From a virus: a stretch of 64,000 bases of DNA. The stretch spans positions 20,814-84,813 of IMG/VR virus record IMGVR_UViG_3300000318_000002; one strand, written 5' to 3'. The notes under the pieces are model-generated. The model did no database searches. It was not told where the DNA came from and saw only the letters and a list, made by a program, of their open reading frames with translations. Within the stretch, counting starts at the first letter, position 1. Each line of letters starts with the position of its first letter. This document shows positions 53,344 to 62,900 of the stretch, piece by piece. The translations under genes were made by a program, and so were the position numbers.

Positions 53344-55054
53344 TTTTAAGATAGAAGTCAAAGGTGTTAAGGGCGGAATGGGTACTGGGAGTCGGACTTC
53401 CGGAATAGGATCTGACGTTAATACCATTCGTCAAAAAGCAATCCAGGCTCAAAAAAGTACCGAAAAAAACTCAAATGTTTCTATAAGCGCAATGAAAGAG
53501 CTTTCTAATTCAATGAAAGCTCTTATACAATCTAATAAATCTTTAATAGAACACCTTAAAAAAAGTGGCGGAGGCGGAGAAGGCGGTCCTAAAGGTGGAT
53601 CGGCTCGAAGTTTAGCGTCAAATGCCGCTGCTATGTTCGGAGGCGGTTTTTTAGCGTCTATTATAGGGTTCGCAGCGTCAAAAAGTAATATGATTGGTCA
53701 GGCATATATTTCTACAGCGGCAGAACAAAGCAAGAATGTAGGAACTGGCGGATTTAGACGAGGACAAGGGATGTATACTGGATCTGAAATAGGATCTGGG
53801 ATGAAAGCATATGCTATGAATAGCGGGAAATTTGCGAATGGTCAAGGGATTAATAAATCTGCTCTTCAGGTTGGGAATATATACGGATTATCTACTGAAG
53901 AAACTTTTGGGCAGGCTGGTAAATTTGCAAAAGCAGGCGGGAGTTATGCGCAAGCAGCAAATATTGGAGCCGGTGCAGGAATAGAAACTCAATTGCCAAT
54001 GTTTATTTCCTCTATTGGGGATCAACTGGAAGAATCTGTTGCGGCTGGGATAGATACTTCAGATATGTCAAAATCAATTTCTTCGGATATGGCAGAGTTG
54101 ACAGAAGCTACAAAAACAAAAGATGTAAGAACCGCGATGGCATTAACAAACGCAGTTAAAGGTGTAAAAAGCACAGTCGGAACAAAAGGACAAATAACAA
54201 ATATTGATGAATTATTAGAATATAAGGCAACACAAAAACAAATATTATCAGGAATAAATCAAACTGGTCCGAAAGGCGGAATCGCAATTGAAAAAATGCT
54301 GCAAAGCGGTGAGATCGATTCTGGGACAGCAGAAAGATTAAGAGGAATAAAATCATCTGGGAAAGATGTTACTGAAGCAGATTTTAGGGGAGGATTATCT
54401 TATGCTATCCAACAGAGAGTACAGAGGAAAAGCGATGTAGAAGTACAACGAGATGTCGCTGGCGGACTTCTTGATATAACAGGTAATAACCCAATAAATG
54501 CAACTTATTTGGCTCAACAAAATAACTCTTCTATTTCCCCACAAGCTATTTCCGCAGAAGACCGGAGACGGAGAAATCGTGCGAACGGCATTTTTGATGC
54601 AAAAGACATTGAAACCAAAGGGGAAGGACTAAATGCAAGTAGAAATAAAAATGTTGTTGAAAGTGATAGCGGAACAGCAGTTTCATTAATAAATGCTCAA
54701 ACAAATTTATTATTAGAACACGGGAAAGCTTTTGCGACAGCAACGGTTACGGCGACAAGAACATTATTGACATTGTCTGATGCAGTTGCAACAACAGTAG
54801 AAAACATGTATCAAATGGCAGGTTCCTTTAAGACAATGGTGGGTCGAGGTGCTAAAGGGGACTGGGAAGGTGCAATGAGAACCGGGCAAATACAATCTAT
54901 AAATGATATGTTGAATGGCAAAGCAGGTGGGGTGTTATTCCCTGTATCTATAAAATTTAGTCCAGAAGGAAGAAAACAACTTATGGCAGAAAGACAAAGG
55001 CTGATAGATGAAGACAAAAAAAATGCTCCCTCCACTCCAGGAACAAAAAAATAA
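53333..55054 (+). CDS. tape measure protein
   Basis: 573 aa, Gly/Ala/Ser-rich helical, directly after the chaperones. Confidence 0.75.
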   Translation: MASNFKIEVKGVKGGMGTGSRTSGIGSDVNTIRQKAIQAQKSTEKNSNVSISAMKELSNSMKALIQSNKSLIEHLKKSGGGGEGGPKGGSARSLASNAAAMFGGGFLASIIGFAASKSNMIGQAYISTAAEQSKNVGTGGFRRGQGMYTGSEIGSGMKAYAMNSGKFANGQGINKSALQVGNIYGLSTEETFGQAGKFAKAGGSYAQAANIGAGAGIETQLPMFISSIGDQLEESVAAGIDTSDMSKSISSDMAELTEATKTKDVRTAMALTNAVKGVKSTVGTKGQITNIDELLEYKATQKQILSGINQTGPKGGIAIEKMLQSGEIDSGTAERLRGIKSSGKDVTEADFRGGLSYAIQQRVQRKSDVEVQRDVAGGLLDITGNNPINATYLAQQNNSSISPQAISAEDRRRRNRANGIFDAKDIETKGEGLNASRNKNVVESDSGTAVSLINAQTNLLLEHGKAFATATVTATRTLLTLSDAVATTVENMYQMAGSFKTMVGRGAKGDWEGAMRTGQIQSINDMLNGKAGGVLFPVSIKFSPEGRKQLMAERQRLIDEDKKNAPSTPGTKK

Positions 55055-56812
55055 ATGGAAAATATAGTTTCATATGCCGAATCGGCGATAAAATATCAAA
55101 AGAAAATAATTTTCAATGCTGGGATTGAAAGTTCAAGATATTATTATGAACCTGAAAAAGAATATTCTCCGCGTATTCAAATTCTTATTTCTCCCTTTGG
55201 ACTTCCGTTTGTTCCGATAGAAATTGTAGGTACAGATGTAGGTAAAATTCTTACAAGTTTACAATTTAATGGAGATCGGAATAACCCAGGAGGAATACTT
55301 ACTTTTACTCTTGCTCCTGATGAAACAATGATTCAAGATATATATAATATTTTAAGGAAATTCCCGACGGCGGGACTTTACTCTAAAATATGGGATGCTT
55401 TAGGTTTTAATCTTGAAGATTTATTTAAACCGATGGCTTTATGCCAATTATGGATTGACGGATATCATGTAATGACCGGAACCGTTGAAAGTTGTCATAG
55501 AGGCGTTCAGGCAAGCAACGATGGACATGATGTTTCTTATTCAGTAACAATAAATGAACTTGGAAATATTTATAATAAAAACATGATGCGTCTTGATACG
55601 ACGATTGCTCAAAATTTACTTACTTCACGCTTGAGTGATAGTGCTTTAAAAGCATTTGATCTTACTAAAGATATAAAAATGGTTCCCGTCTCCGTCGCTT
55701 TAAAATTATTGATTGAAGCGTTTAAGGTTTCATTATTTGCGGAGCAAGGTCTTACCGCAAGTGATGGTTTACCTTTAACACTGAGGTTACTTGCAACAAG
55801 TAATTTCCTTGGTGCAATTGCACAAATGAGTTATAGCCAAAATGTTATCGTTAATTCATCATTTATGCAATTAGAGGATCAATCTTTTTGGGATTATTTA
55901 AAGAATTTAATTCCATTGCCTTGGATGGAATTTTATACTGAATCCGGCGGGAGGACAATGGTTACCGAGCCTAATTTCGGTGCGCCAAGTGTACTTTTCC
56001 CAGGTATTAATTATGTTGTTGCAAGATCAACTCCATATACAAATCCGATGATTGGTCTTCCTAATTTATCACATATCGCCGCATTACAACCTTTCAATTT
56101 ATCAGTTTTAAATTTAATTGCAGGCGGTGATTTTGTTATTATTACTGATGATGATATTATTGATAAAAATATTGGAGTAGATTGCACAAATCAGGCAACG
56201 GCTTTTTGGTCTTCATATACTCAAGGCAATATGAACCCAGCGAACTCAAGACCAATATGTTCAGATGGTCCATTAAACCCTTTTGCAACAGGCGGGATGA
56301 GAACTTTTGGATTTAATGAAATGAGACAAGTTATTAACAGTATGCAATTATTTGATGCTGGATCTGCTATTGAGCAAAATTTTAATTATTCAAAAGATAC
56401 AATTTCAACGACAGGTAAGTTTTCAATTCCTGCATGGAGTAATTTACTCGCACTTTGGTATAGAAACCAAGCGAAATTCCGTGAAGGGTCTGTTACGATT
56501 AGAATGAAACCATGGGCAAGGAAGGGAATGGTATGTCTTTATTTACCAACGATCAGAGGGTCAAAACCTGATAATGCCCGTGATATTGGGATGTATTATA
56601 TAGATTCTTTTTCTCATGATTATAATTTAAGTAACGAAAGTGCTTCGGCGACAACAACACTTAACCTTATTCGTGGCGTTCCTCTCCCGACAAGTGTTGC
56701 AAATTCAGCATTACTTTTATTTGATTTTGAAATACTTCCTCCGACAGGTGGACTTGTCGATGGTGAAGATAGCATTATACGAAAAGCACGTATGGCGGCG
56801 GCAACTTTATAA
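55055..56812 (+). CDS. baseplate hub protein
   Basis: Position; P.MEFYTE and C-terminal GSVTIR..PWARKG...YYIDSFSH.Y.....TTTLNLIRG. Confidence 0.7.
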   Translation: MENIVSYAESAIKYQKKIIFNAGIESSRYYYEPEKEYSPRIQILISPFGLPFVPIEIVGTDVGKILTSLQFNGDRNNPGGILTFTLAPDETMIQDIYNILRKFPTAGLYSKIWDALGFNLEDLFKPMALCQLWIDGYHVMTGTVESCHRGVQASNDGHDVSYSVTINELGNIYNKNMMRLDTTIAQNLLTSRLSDSALKAFDLTKDIKMVPVSVALKLLIEAFKVSLFAEQGLTASDGLPLTLRLLATSNFLGAIAQMSYSQNVIVNSSFMQLEDQSFWDYLKNLIPLPWMEFYTESGGRTMVTEPNFGAPSVLFPGINYVVARSTPYTNPMIGLPNLSHIAALQPFNLSVLNLIAGGDFVIITDDDIIDKNIGVDCTNQATAFWSSYTQGNMNPANSRPICSDGPLNPFATGGMRTFGFNEMRQVINSMQLFDAGSAIEQNFNYSKDTISTTGKFSIPAWSNLLALWYRNQAKFREGSVTIRMKPWARKGMVCLYLPTIRGSKPDNARDIGMYYIDSFSHDYNLSNESASATTTLNLIRGVPLPTSVANSALLLFDFEILPPTGGLVDGEDSIIRKARMAAATL

Positions 56813-57624
56813 TGGCAGTTCCAGGATATAAACAAGTACGGTATAATCAAACGAATAAATACGATTCACATACTCGTGATTATTCGACAAATGAATTTCA
56901 AAAGCCATCTACGCAATGCACAAAAATGATCCAGGGCGAAATATTAATTACTCAGCCTGAACCATTATTTCGACAGACGGCAGTTACGGTAAGAACAGAT
57001 AACAATGAGATATTGACCGGCGTAGGATATCCAAACGCTTTTATAGATCCTATTACGGGTAATTTGCACGGGACATATGAAGGTCCGTATCCTGGTCAAT
57101 CGGTTATGGTTGGGTTTTTGAATGGCAATTCTCATTCTCCGGTTGTCGTAAATAGATATCCATATCAGGGTAACAAAAATACACTTTTAACACCATTGTA
57201 TAATAGCCCTATGACGAGAAGTATGTATGATGCAACAGATATTATAATTGGTCATTTTACCGGATCTGTTTTGAGCTTTAATACGGGATTACTATCCGGG
57301 AAACTACCTGGTAGTGTTACAATGTCCGCTACGACAGCAATGGAACTTTCCGCAACTACCGACATGGCAATATCCGCACTAGTAACAGCTTCAGTTACCG
57401 CTACAAGTACGACAATAAATGGGGATGCAGAGTTAAAATTAACCGGCGGAATTATCCAGATAAAAAGCACTGCCCAATCAATGAAAACTCTTATAGATGG
57501 TCTTTTCGATGTTTTAACAAAATTCGGGACAGCAGGATCTCCGGTAAAACACGTTGTAGATCCTGCAACAATAGCCCTCTTAAATGCCGAAAAAGCAAAA
57601 TGGGCATTACTTTTGGAGGCTTGA
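56812..57624 (+). CDS. baseplate spike (gpV/gp5-like)
   Basis: OB-fold P.PGQSVMVGFLNG...PVV followed by beta-helix repeats and a terminal His-containing apex. Confidence 0.75.
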   Translation: MAVPGYKQVRYNQTNKYDSHTRDYSTNEFQKPSTQCTKMIQGEILITQPEPLFRQTAVTVRTDNNEILTGVGYPNAFIDPITGNLHGTYEGPYPGQSVMVGFLNGNSHSPVVVNRYPYQGNKNTLLTPLYNSPMTRSMYDATDIIIGHFTGSVLSFNTGLLSGKLPGSVTMSATTAMELSATTDMAISALVTASVTATSTTINGDAELKLTGGIIQIKSTAQSMKTLIDGLFDVLTKFGTAGSPVKHVVDPATIALLNAEKAKWALLLEA

Positions 57625-57626
57625 TT

Positions 57627-57863
57627 ATGGCTCTTGTAGATTCAACCCTTGAAAATGCTCTTAACGCAATAGATGCTCAAGCAGAAGCGGCAGCGACAAC
57701 AACGCCGATGACGCACCAGCAATATAATGCTCTGGTAGCGGCGGCAATATCAACTTTTATAAAGACAGCTACGGTTACGACTCCGATGGGTGTTGCGGTT
57801 CAGGTCACACCCGCAACAGGAACCGGAGCTACTACAGCTCCTGGCGTTGGGGTGGTCTCTTAA
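57627..57863 (+). CDS. small spike-tip / baseplate protein
   Basis: Start MALVD after a GGAGG RBS; Ala/Thr-rich; follows the spike gene. Confidence 0.55.
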   Translation: MALVDSTLENALNAIDAQAEAAATTTPMTHQQYNALVAAAISTFIKTATVTTPMGVAVQVTPATGTGATTAPGVGVVS

Positions 57864-57865
57864 AT

Positions 57866-57897
57866 AAAAAGCCATGCTTCTTATAACATGGCTTTTT
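57866..57897. terminator. bidirectional intrinsic terminator
   Basis: AAAAAGCCATG-N10-CATGGCTTTTT between convergent genes. Confidence 0.8.
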
Positions 57898-57910
57898 GGG
57901 AATTATTGAT

Positions 57911-58441
57911 TTAATAATATTTACCAACATTATTATGATAATAATATGTCATCCAGATTACTTCATTATAAGGTATTTTGCAAGACTCCGACCATCCGTT
58001 AGGAAGAGAAGAAAAATATGCTGAATTTGTTGTTGGATCTTCATAATATAAATTTCCATCACCTAACAAATCACCATATATTAACGCATGACATTCTGAA
58101 CCATTTCTCACTATCGCTAGAGAAGAATCTATATTAAATTTTGTTTTTGCTAAATACATCCAAAGGATGCAAAAATCTTCACAATCTCCTGTACCTAAAC
58201 TCAAAGTTTCTTCAGGTAATTGCCAGTAATCTGCCACGTCATCTTTATATCCAATTGTACTGTGAACATAATAACTGATTTTACTAATATTTTTTAAATC
58301 AATATTATTATCACAAACATAATCATCTTTTTGCCCAATCTGGATATCTTCCAAAGGATTATGTTCTTCGGAACCATCAAAACACCCAAAAAATGACAAA
58401 AATAAACCAATAGCACTAATAACCATAAATAATTTTTTCAT
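57911..58441 (-). CDS. lipoprotein with transglutaminase-like cysteine peptidase (BTLCP-like) domain
   Basis: Signal MKKLFMVISAIGLFLSFFG-C; DYWQLPEETL..GTGDCEDF...HAL...D catalytic triad. Confidence 0.85.
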   Translation of the reverse strand: MKKLFMVISAIGLFLSFFGCFDGSEEHNPLEDIQIGQKDDYVCDNNIDLKNISKISYYVHSTIGYKDDVADYWQLPEETLSLGTGDCEDFCILWMYLAKTKFNIDSSLAIVRNGSECHALIYGDLLGDGNLYYEDPTTNSAYFSSLPNGWSESCKIPYNEVIWMTYYYHNNVGKYY

Positions 58442-58475
58442 AAAACACCTTCCTTTTGTTAATCTCAATAAAATA

Positions 58476-58518
58476 ATCATGATTTATTTACTTTGTTTTG
58501 TCAACAAATTATTTGACT
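58476..58518 (-). promoter_or_regulatory. promoter for the inverted lipoprotein gene
   Basis: Minus strand TTGACA-N17-CATGAT, within TGTCAA-N8-TTGACT. Confidence 0.55.
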
Positions 58519-58626
58519 AAATCAACTTTTTTTAACCAGTAAAAGAACTTGACATTTTTAGTCTTTTCTTCTTTATATAGCACAATATACGCCACTTTAT
58601 AGGCAAATAAACGGAGTTATTAATCT

Positions 58627-60426
58627 GTGAATTTGCCTATTTTAATGCAAAAACTTTATGGCGAAATTACCTTCACGGGACTCTATTCTTTTGAATTTAA
58701 GAATAAAGGCAAGAAAATAACCGAAATTTTCTTTATGATGCCCCCCAAATCAAAAGATGTTTCAGAATCTACTCGCTCCGCTACGATTCCGACTCTTTCT
58801 TCAAATTATGTAATAGATGCAGGAAACAGCACGAAATCAATATCTTTAAATGGTGAATTGTATTTCCCAACAGTCGGAAGTCCCGTTAATCCAGTTGCAA
58901 TGGATAGCGCAAACCTTCCGAATTTGATAGACGGTCTTACCGAATTTTTTAAACTCAAATGGATGCTTATTTCTTACCGCGATTATACAATGACAAAAAA
59001 CGGGAAGATAGATGTCCCTACAGTTCCCATGAATTCAAGTCCGGAACTTACGACTCTTTATAAAAAAGTATCAAAACTTGTTAAAAACAAATCAGGCGCA
59101 TTATACGATCAGATACAACTTATATTCCATGATTATGACATGGATGATCATTATTTTTGTCGTATAGCTAATTTTTCATCTAAACAGAGCGACTCAAAAT
59201 ATATTGCAGTTGAATATAATATTTCTCTTGATTGTTATAAAAAATATCAATCAAATACTCAAAAATCGGTAACTATAAAAAAAACTATTTCAGAAGAACT
59301 TAATATTTCAAATACTCAATTACAAAACGTTTCTCTTGCAACGATTGTATCAAATATGAATGCTGCCGGTTCAAGTTCTGGAGCTGTTTTCAATAATGCT
59401 ACGTTTTATGCACTCATATTAAGTATAGAAAATACCATTGCAAGTATTGATACTGAGAACACAAACATACAATCAGGAGTTTCAACCCCATTTGATAATA
59501 TGCTTTTATATACTTTAAATTTAATTTCAGATATTACAAGTGTTATGAATGCATATATAACATTATTTTTAACCGAAGCACAACAAACATTATATGCTGA
59601 TGGAGATTTAACGCTTGACGAAATTTTAGATATTACGTTAATTGCTTTATATAATAGTTTTTTAAAAATAAAAATTATTGCAGAAACTATTAAGGGATCG
59701 ATTATTTCAGCTCCAAGACAAAATACCATTTCTTACAATTCTAATTCTGATGATTATACTATTACGACGGAACAATTTGATTCTACAGATAGCACAAACA
59801 AAATATCTAACGAATCAAGTTTTGAATATTATACTATTAAAGAAGGAGATTCCGCTCGATCAATTGCTCTAAGCGAACTTGGCGATAGTGAAAAATTTGT
59901 ACAAATATTACAAATAAATGATATCACGGAATCAGAACTTATCGAAGGAACTTTAATCGGAACGCAAATAAAAATTCCAGTAGACAGCACTTCGGTAACA
60001 AAAAGCGCAGATAATCTTGTTTACGAATCTGATGATACAGATATTGAAGCCTATTTACACGGATCAGATATTTCATCAGGCGTAAATAATACGATTCTCA
60101 TATCCTCGAAAGGCGATATTGCAAATGTTTCGGGGGCAGATAATACTATAAACGCAATAACGGCTAGAGTATCCGGGAAGAAGGGATCTTTAAATGTTTT
60201 TTCTTCAGATTGGGGAGTTACGCCTATCGGCGATGGGAATGTACCGCTAATGGTACGAATAAATAATTATCTAACCGATCTTACAAATCAAATACAAGAA
60301 GACCCTCGCGTAGAATCAGTAAATATTGATATGGACAAATTATATCTTGATGGTGAAAAATTATCTGTTTATGCAAAAGTTTTACTTATTGGTTCTGAAG
60401 AAGAAAAGGAGATTATCGTAGCATGA
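58627..60426 (+). CDS. tube-initiator / LysM / gp25-like baseplate wedge fusion
   Basis: N-terminal tube-initiator-like region; LysM YTIKEGDS.RSIA..ELGD..KF.QI..IN..GTQIKIP; C-terminal GDI..VSG.DN...QEDPRVESV. Confidence 0.75.
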   Translation: MNLPILMQKLYGEITFTGLYSFEFKNKGKKITEIFFMMPPKSKDVSESTRSATIPTLSSNYVIDAGNSTKSISLNGELYFPTVGSPVNPVAMDSANLPNLIDGLTEFFKLKWMLISYRDYTMTKNGKIDVPTVPMNSSPELTTLYKKVSKLVKNKSGALYDQIQLIFHDYDMDDHYFCRIANFSSKQSDSKYIAVEYNISLDCYKKYQSNTQKSVTIKKTISEELNISNTQLQNVSLATIVSNMNAAGSSSGAVFNNATFYALILSIENTIASIDTENTNIQSGVSTPFDNMLLYTLNLISDITSVMNAYITLFLTEAQQTLYADGDLTLDEILDITLIALYNSFLKIKIIAETIKGSIISAPRQNTISYNSNSDDYTITTEQFDSTDSTNKISNESSFEYYTIKEGDSARSIALSELGDSEKFVQILQINDITESELIEGTLIGTQIKIPVDSTSVTKSADNLVYESDDTDIEAYLHGSDISSGVNNTILISSKGDIANVSGADNTINAITARVSGKKGSLNVFSSDWGVTPIGDGNVPLMVRINNYLTDLTNQIQEDPRVESVNIDMDKLYLDGEKLSVYAKVLLIGSEEEKEIIVA

Positions 60427-61838
60427 GTGATATTTTAAAAATATATACAGAAGAACAGTTATATGAGATGTATCGTAAAATTATTCTTGCCGCTGGAGTA
60501 GGACTTACCGATTTTAACGATGGATCAAAAATAAAAGTATTATTACAATCAAATTCCGATATTGTTTCAAGCGTAAGCATGGATTTTAAAGAAGGCATTT
60601 ATAACGCTATCCCAATTGCTCTTTATGAAGGTATGGGATTTACAAAAAAGGCAGCGGCACAAGCTACCGGATATTTAAAACTTTATAGAAAACCCGTTAT
60701 GACTTTACAGTATACGGGAACCGGAACTGCCGCAAATATAACAATTACCTCAAGTGGAATTTCTTCAACAGTATCCGGTGCACCCGGTGACGCATTTTCT
60801 TTTGATTTTACAACATATCCCAAAACAGGTGTACTTGTTACGGCGATTGATGCGCTTACAAACTGGACGGCGGCAAAAGTTTCTGATGTAGACTGCGATA
60901 CATTATATCAATATACTAATCTTGACGCAAAAACTTCAACCACTTATGACAATGTGAATGGAATGGATATTTGCCTTGCAACAGATATTGCTGTTTCTGT
61001 TTCAGCGGGATTTTCTGCAACAATAGATAGTATGACAATATTAACAAATTCAACAACAACACTTCCGGCTGGAACGGCTTGGATTCTTGCCGCTTCTACT
61101 GTTCAACAAGCGGGAATAGATGGCAATATAAAAGTAGCGGCACTTGATACGGCTAATGGTTTAGGATATATGAATTCAAGTGTTTCGGGCGTTGACTATG
61201 TTCGAAATGATTCTGCTTTTTCCGGAGGTAGTGATGTCGAAACAGACGCAGAACGTAAAATCCGTTTTGTAGATACCATAAACGCCCTTAATGCAGGAAC
61301 AAAAAACGGAATTATTGCTGCTCTTGAAGCAATAAATGGGATAAAAAGTGTAGGGATGCGAACCGCATATCCTCATAGAGGGACCAACACCATTATTGTT
61401 GATGATGGTTCGGGTACAATTAGTTCAACATTGCTAGCTTCGATTACCAAAGTTCTATATGGGGATGCCTCGGATTTGACTAACTATCCGGGGAAAAATT
61501 GTGAGGGCATTGGATATACTATTGTTGCTCCGACAATAGTATCGGTAAGTGTTGGCATAGTTGCAACAAGACTTTCAACTGTAAATGTATCTCTTTCTAC
61601 AATTTCTACAGATATACAATCAGCCGTTGAACAATATATAAATACCTTACCTCTTGGACGCGATGTTCTTTTAAGTGAAGTAGTCCGTGTTGCTAAAAAC
61701 TCTAATACTGCAATTTATGATTTATCAATAAGCAGTCCTTCTACGAATATAACTATAAATTCTAATGAATTTGGAAGAACAGGTTCCGGTTATGGTGGAA
61801 CTGTTTCTGTTACTGTATCTATAGCGTCAAGCGAGTAA
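60423..61838 (+). CDS. baseplate J-like wedge protein
   Basis: LTDFNDGS, G.DGN, FSGGSDVETDAERK.RF...L..GT, I..AVEQYINTL.LG. Confidence 0.9.
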   Translation: MSDILKIYTEEQLYEMYRKIILAAGVGLTDFNDGSKIKVLLQSNSDIVSSVSMDFKEGIYNAIPIALYEGMGFTKKAAAQATGYLKLYRKPVMTLQYTGTGTAANITITSSGISSTVSGAPGDAFSFDFTTYPKTGVLVTAIDALTNWTAAKVSDVDCDTLYQYTNLDAKTSTTYDNVNGMDICLATDIAVSVSAGFSATIDSMTILTNSTTTLPAGTAWILAASTVQQAGIDGNIKVAALDTANGLGYMNSSVSGVDYVRNDSAFSGGSDVETDAERKIRFVDTINALNAGTKNGIIAALEAINGIKSVGMRTAYPHRGTNTIIVDDGSGTISSTLLASITKVLYGDASDLTNYPGKNCEGIGYTIVAPTIVSVSVGIVATRLSTVNVSLSTISTDIQSAVEQYINTLPLGRDVLLSEVVRVAKNSNTAIYDLSISSPSTNITINSNEFGRTGSGYGGTVSVTVSIASSE

Positions 61839-61841
61839 TTA

Positions 61842-62885
61842 ATGTCAGAACCGATTACGACACGAATAAATAATAATTTAAAAGCAGTTTGGAATGTTGA
61901 TGATCCAATATATAAAGTCTGCATTTGCAATGCGGATGGGACAATACCTTCTACAATTACAAAACCTACAGATATTGCGATTGGTGCAATTGCAAGTGAG
62001 CTTGAATATTTAAGACTTTTTTCTTTATCGCTGGTGAAGCAACTTGTTTTAACAAATGCAAGTACAGATTTTTTAAAGTATACCCTTGAAAATTATTTTG
62101 GGAGTTATCGTCTTGAGGGAGAAACTGATAGCGCATGGTTGACACGAGTTATTGCAACGGTATTTCAACCAAAAGTTTCCCGTGCCGCTATTATTTATGC
62201 ACTACGAGCATATTCAAATCAAGAACCTGAAATTGAAGATGGTTCTGGAAGTTCTGCTTTCTCAAACGTATGTTTCGCTGGTCGTAATAAAAAATATTCA
62301 ACAACATATAAAGGGAAAATATTTTATGTATTTCCCGCAATATCAAATGATTTTAGCTCTTTATATTTTTTCATTATTATTACGTTATATCAAAATAATA
62401 CCACAAATGTTCAAAACGCAATAAACGTAATAAATAAAGTTATTGCCGCTGGCATAAAATATGTACTTCAACTGAAAGGATTTAAGGCAATCTCTGAAAA
62501 TATGTATTATTGTTCAGGGAATATTTCTTATGCTATAAAAATAGATTCATTAAATTCTCAGATGGGTACGTTCCCTGATGATTTTATTAGATATGATTCT
62601 GTTAATTATAACAGTACAACTTATTCAGCGACCGGAGAATATGTTGGTATTTTTAAAGGAATGTCCGTTTTTAATTCTGTAACATTAAAATCAACGGGTA
62701 CAGTTTATTATCAAATTGCAGAATCAACAGATGGAGTTGTTTTCGATCCCTATAGCACGAAAGCGTTAATCGGAACAACCGTTACGGTTGCACTTACTAA
62801 AAAATATTTCAAATTACGTTTAATTTTTGATACTGCAACATGGACAGATACAATAACAAGTGCACATATAGATTCTATAACATAA
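61842..62885 (+). CDS. baseplate wedge subunit (gpI-like)
   Basis: A...L.....YFG..R..GETD...TRVIA....K.SR.AI..AL and AAGIK motifs; follows baseplate J. Confidence 0.75.
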   Translation: MSEPITTRINNNLKAVWNVDDPIYKVCICNADGTIPSTITKPTDIAIGAIASELEYLRLFSLSLVKQLVLTNASTDFLKYTLENYFGSYRLEGETDSAWLTRVIATVFQPKVSRAAIIYALRAYSNQEPEIEDGSGSSAFSNVCFAGRNKKYSTTYKGKIFYVFPAISNDFSSLYFFIIITLYQNNTTNVQNAINVINKVIAAGIKYVLQLKGFKAISENMYYCSGNISYAIKIDSLNSQMGTFPDDFIRYDSVNYNSTTYSATGEYVGIFKGMSVFNSVTLKSTGTVYYQIAESTDGVVFDPYSTKALIGTTVTVALTKKYFKLRLIFDTATWTDTITSAHIDSIT

Positions 62886-62900
62886 AAGGATGTTTTAAAA

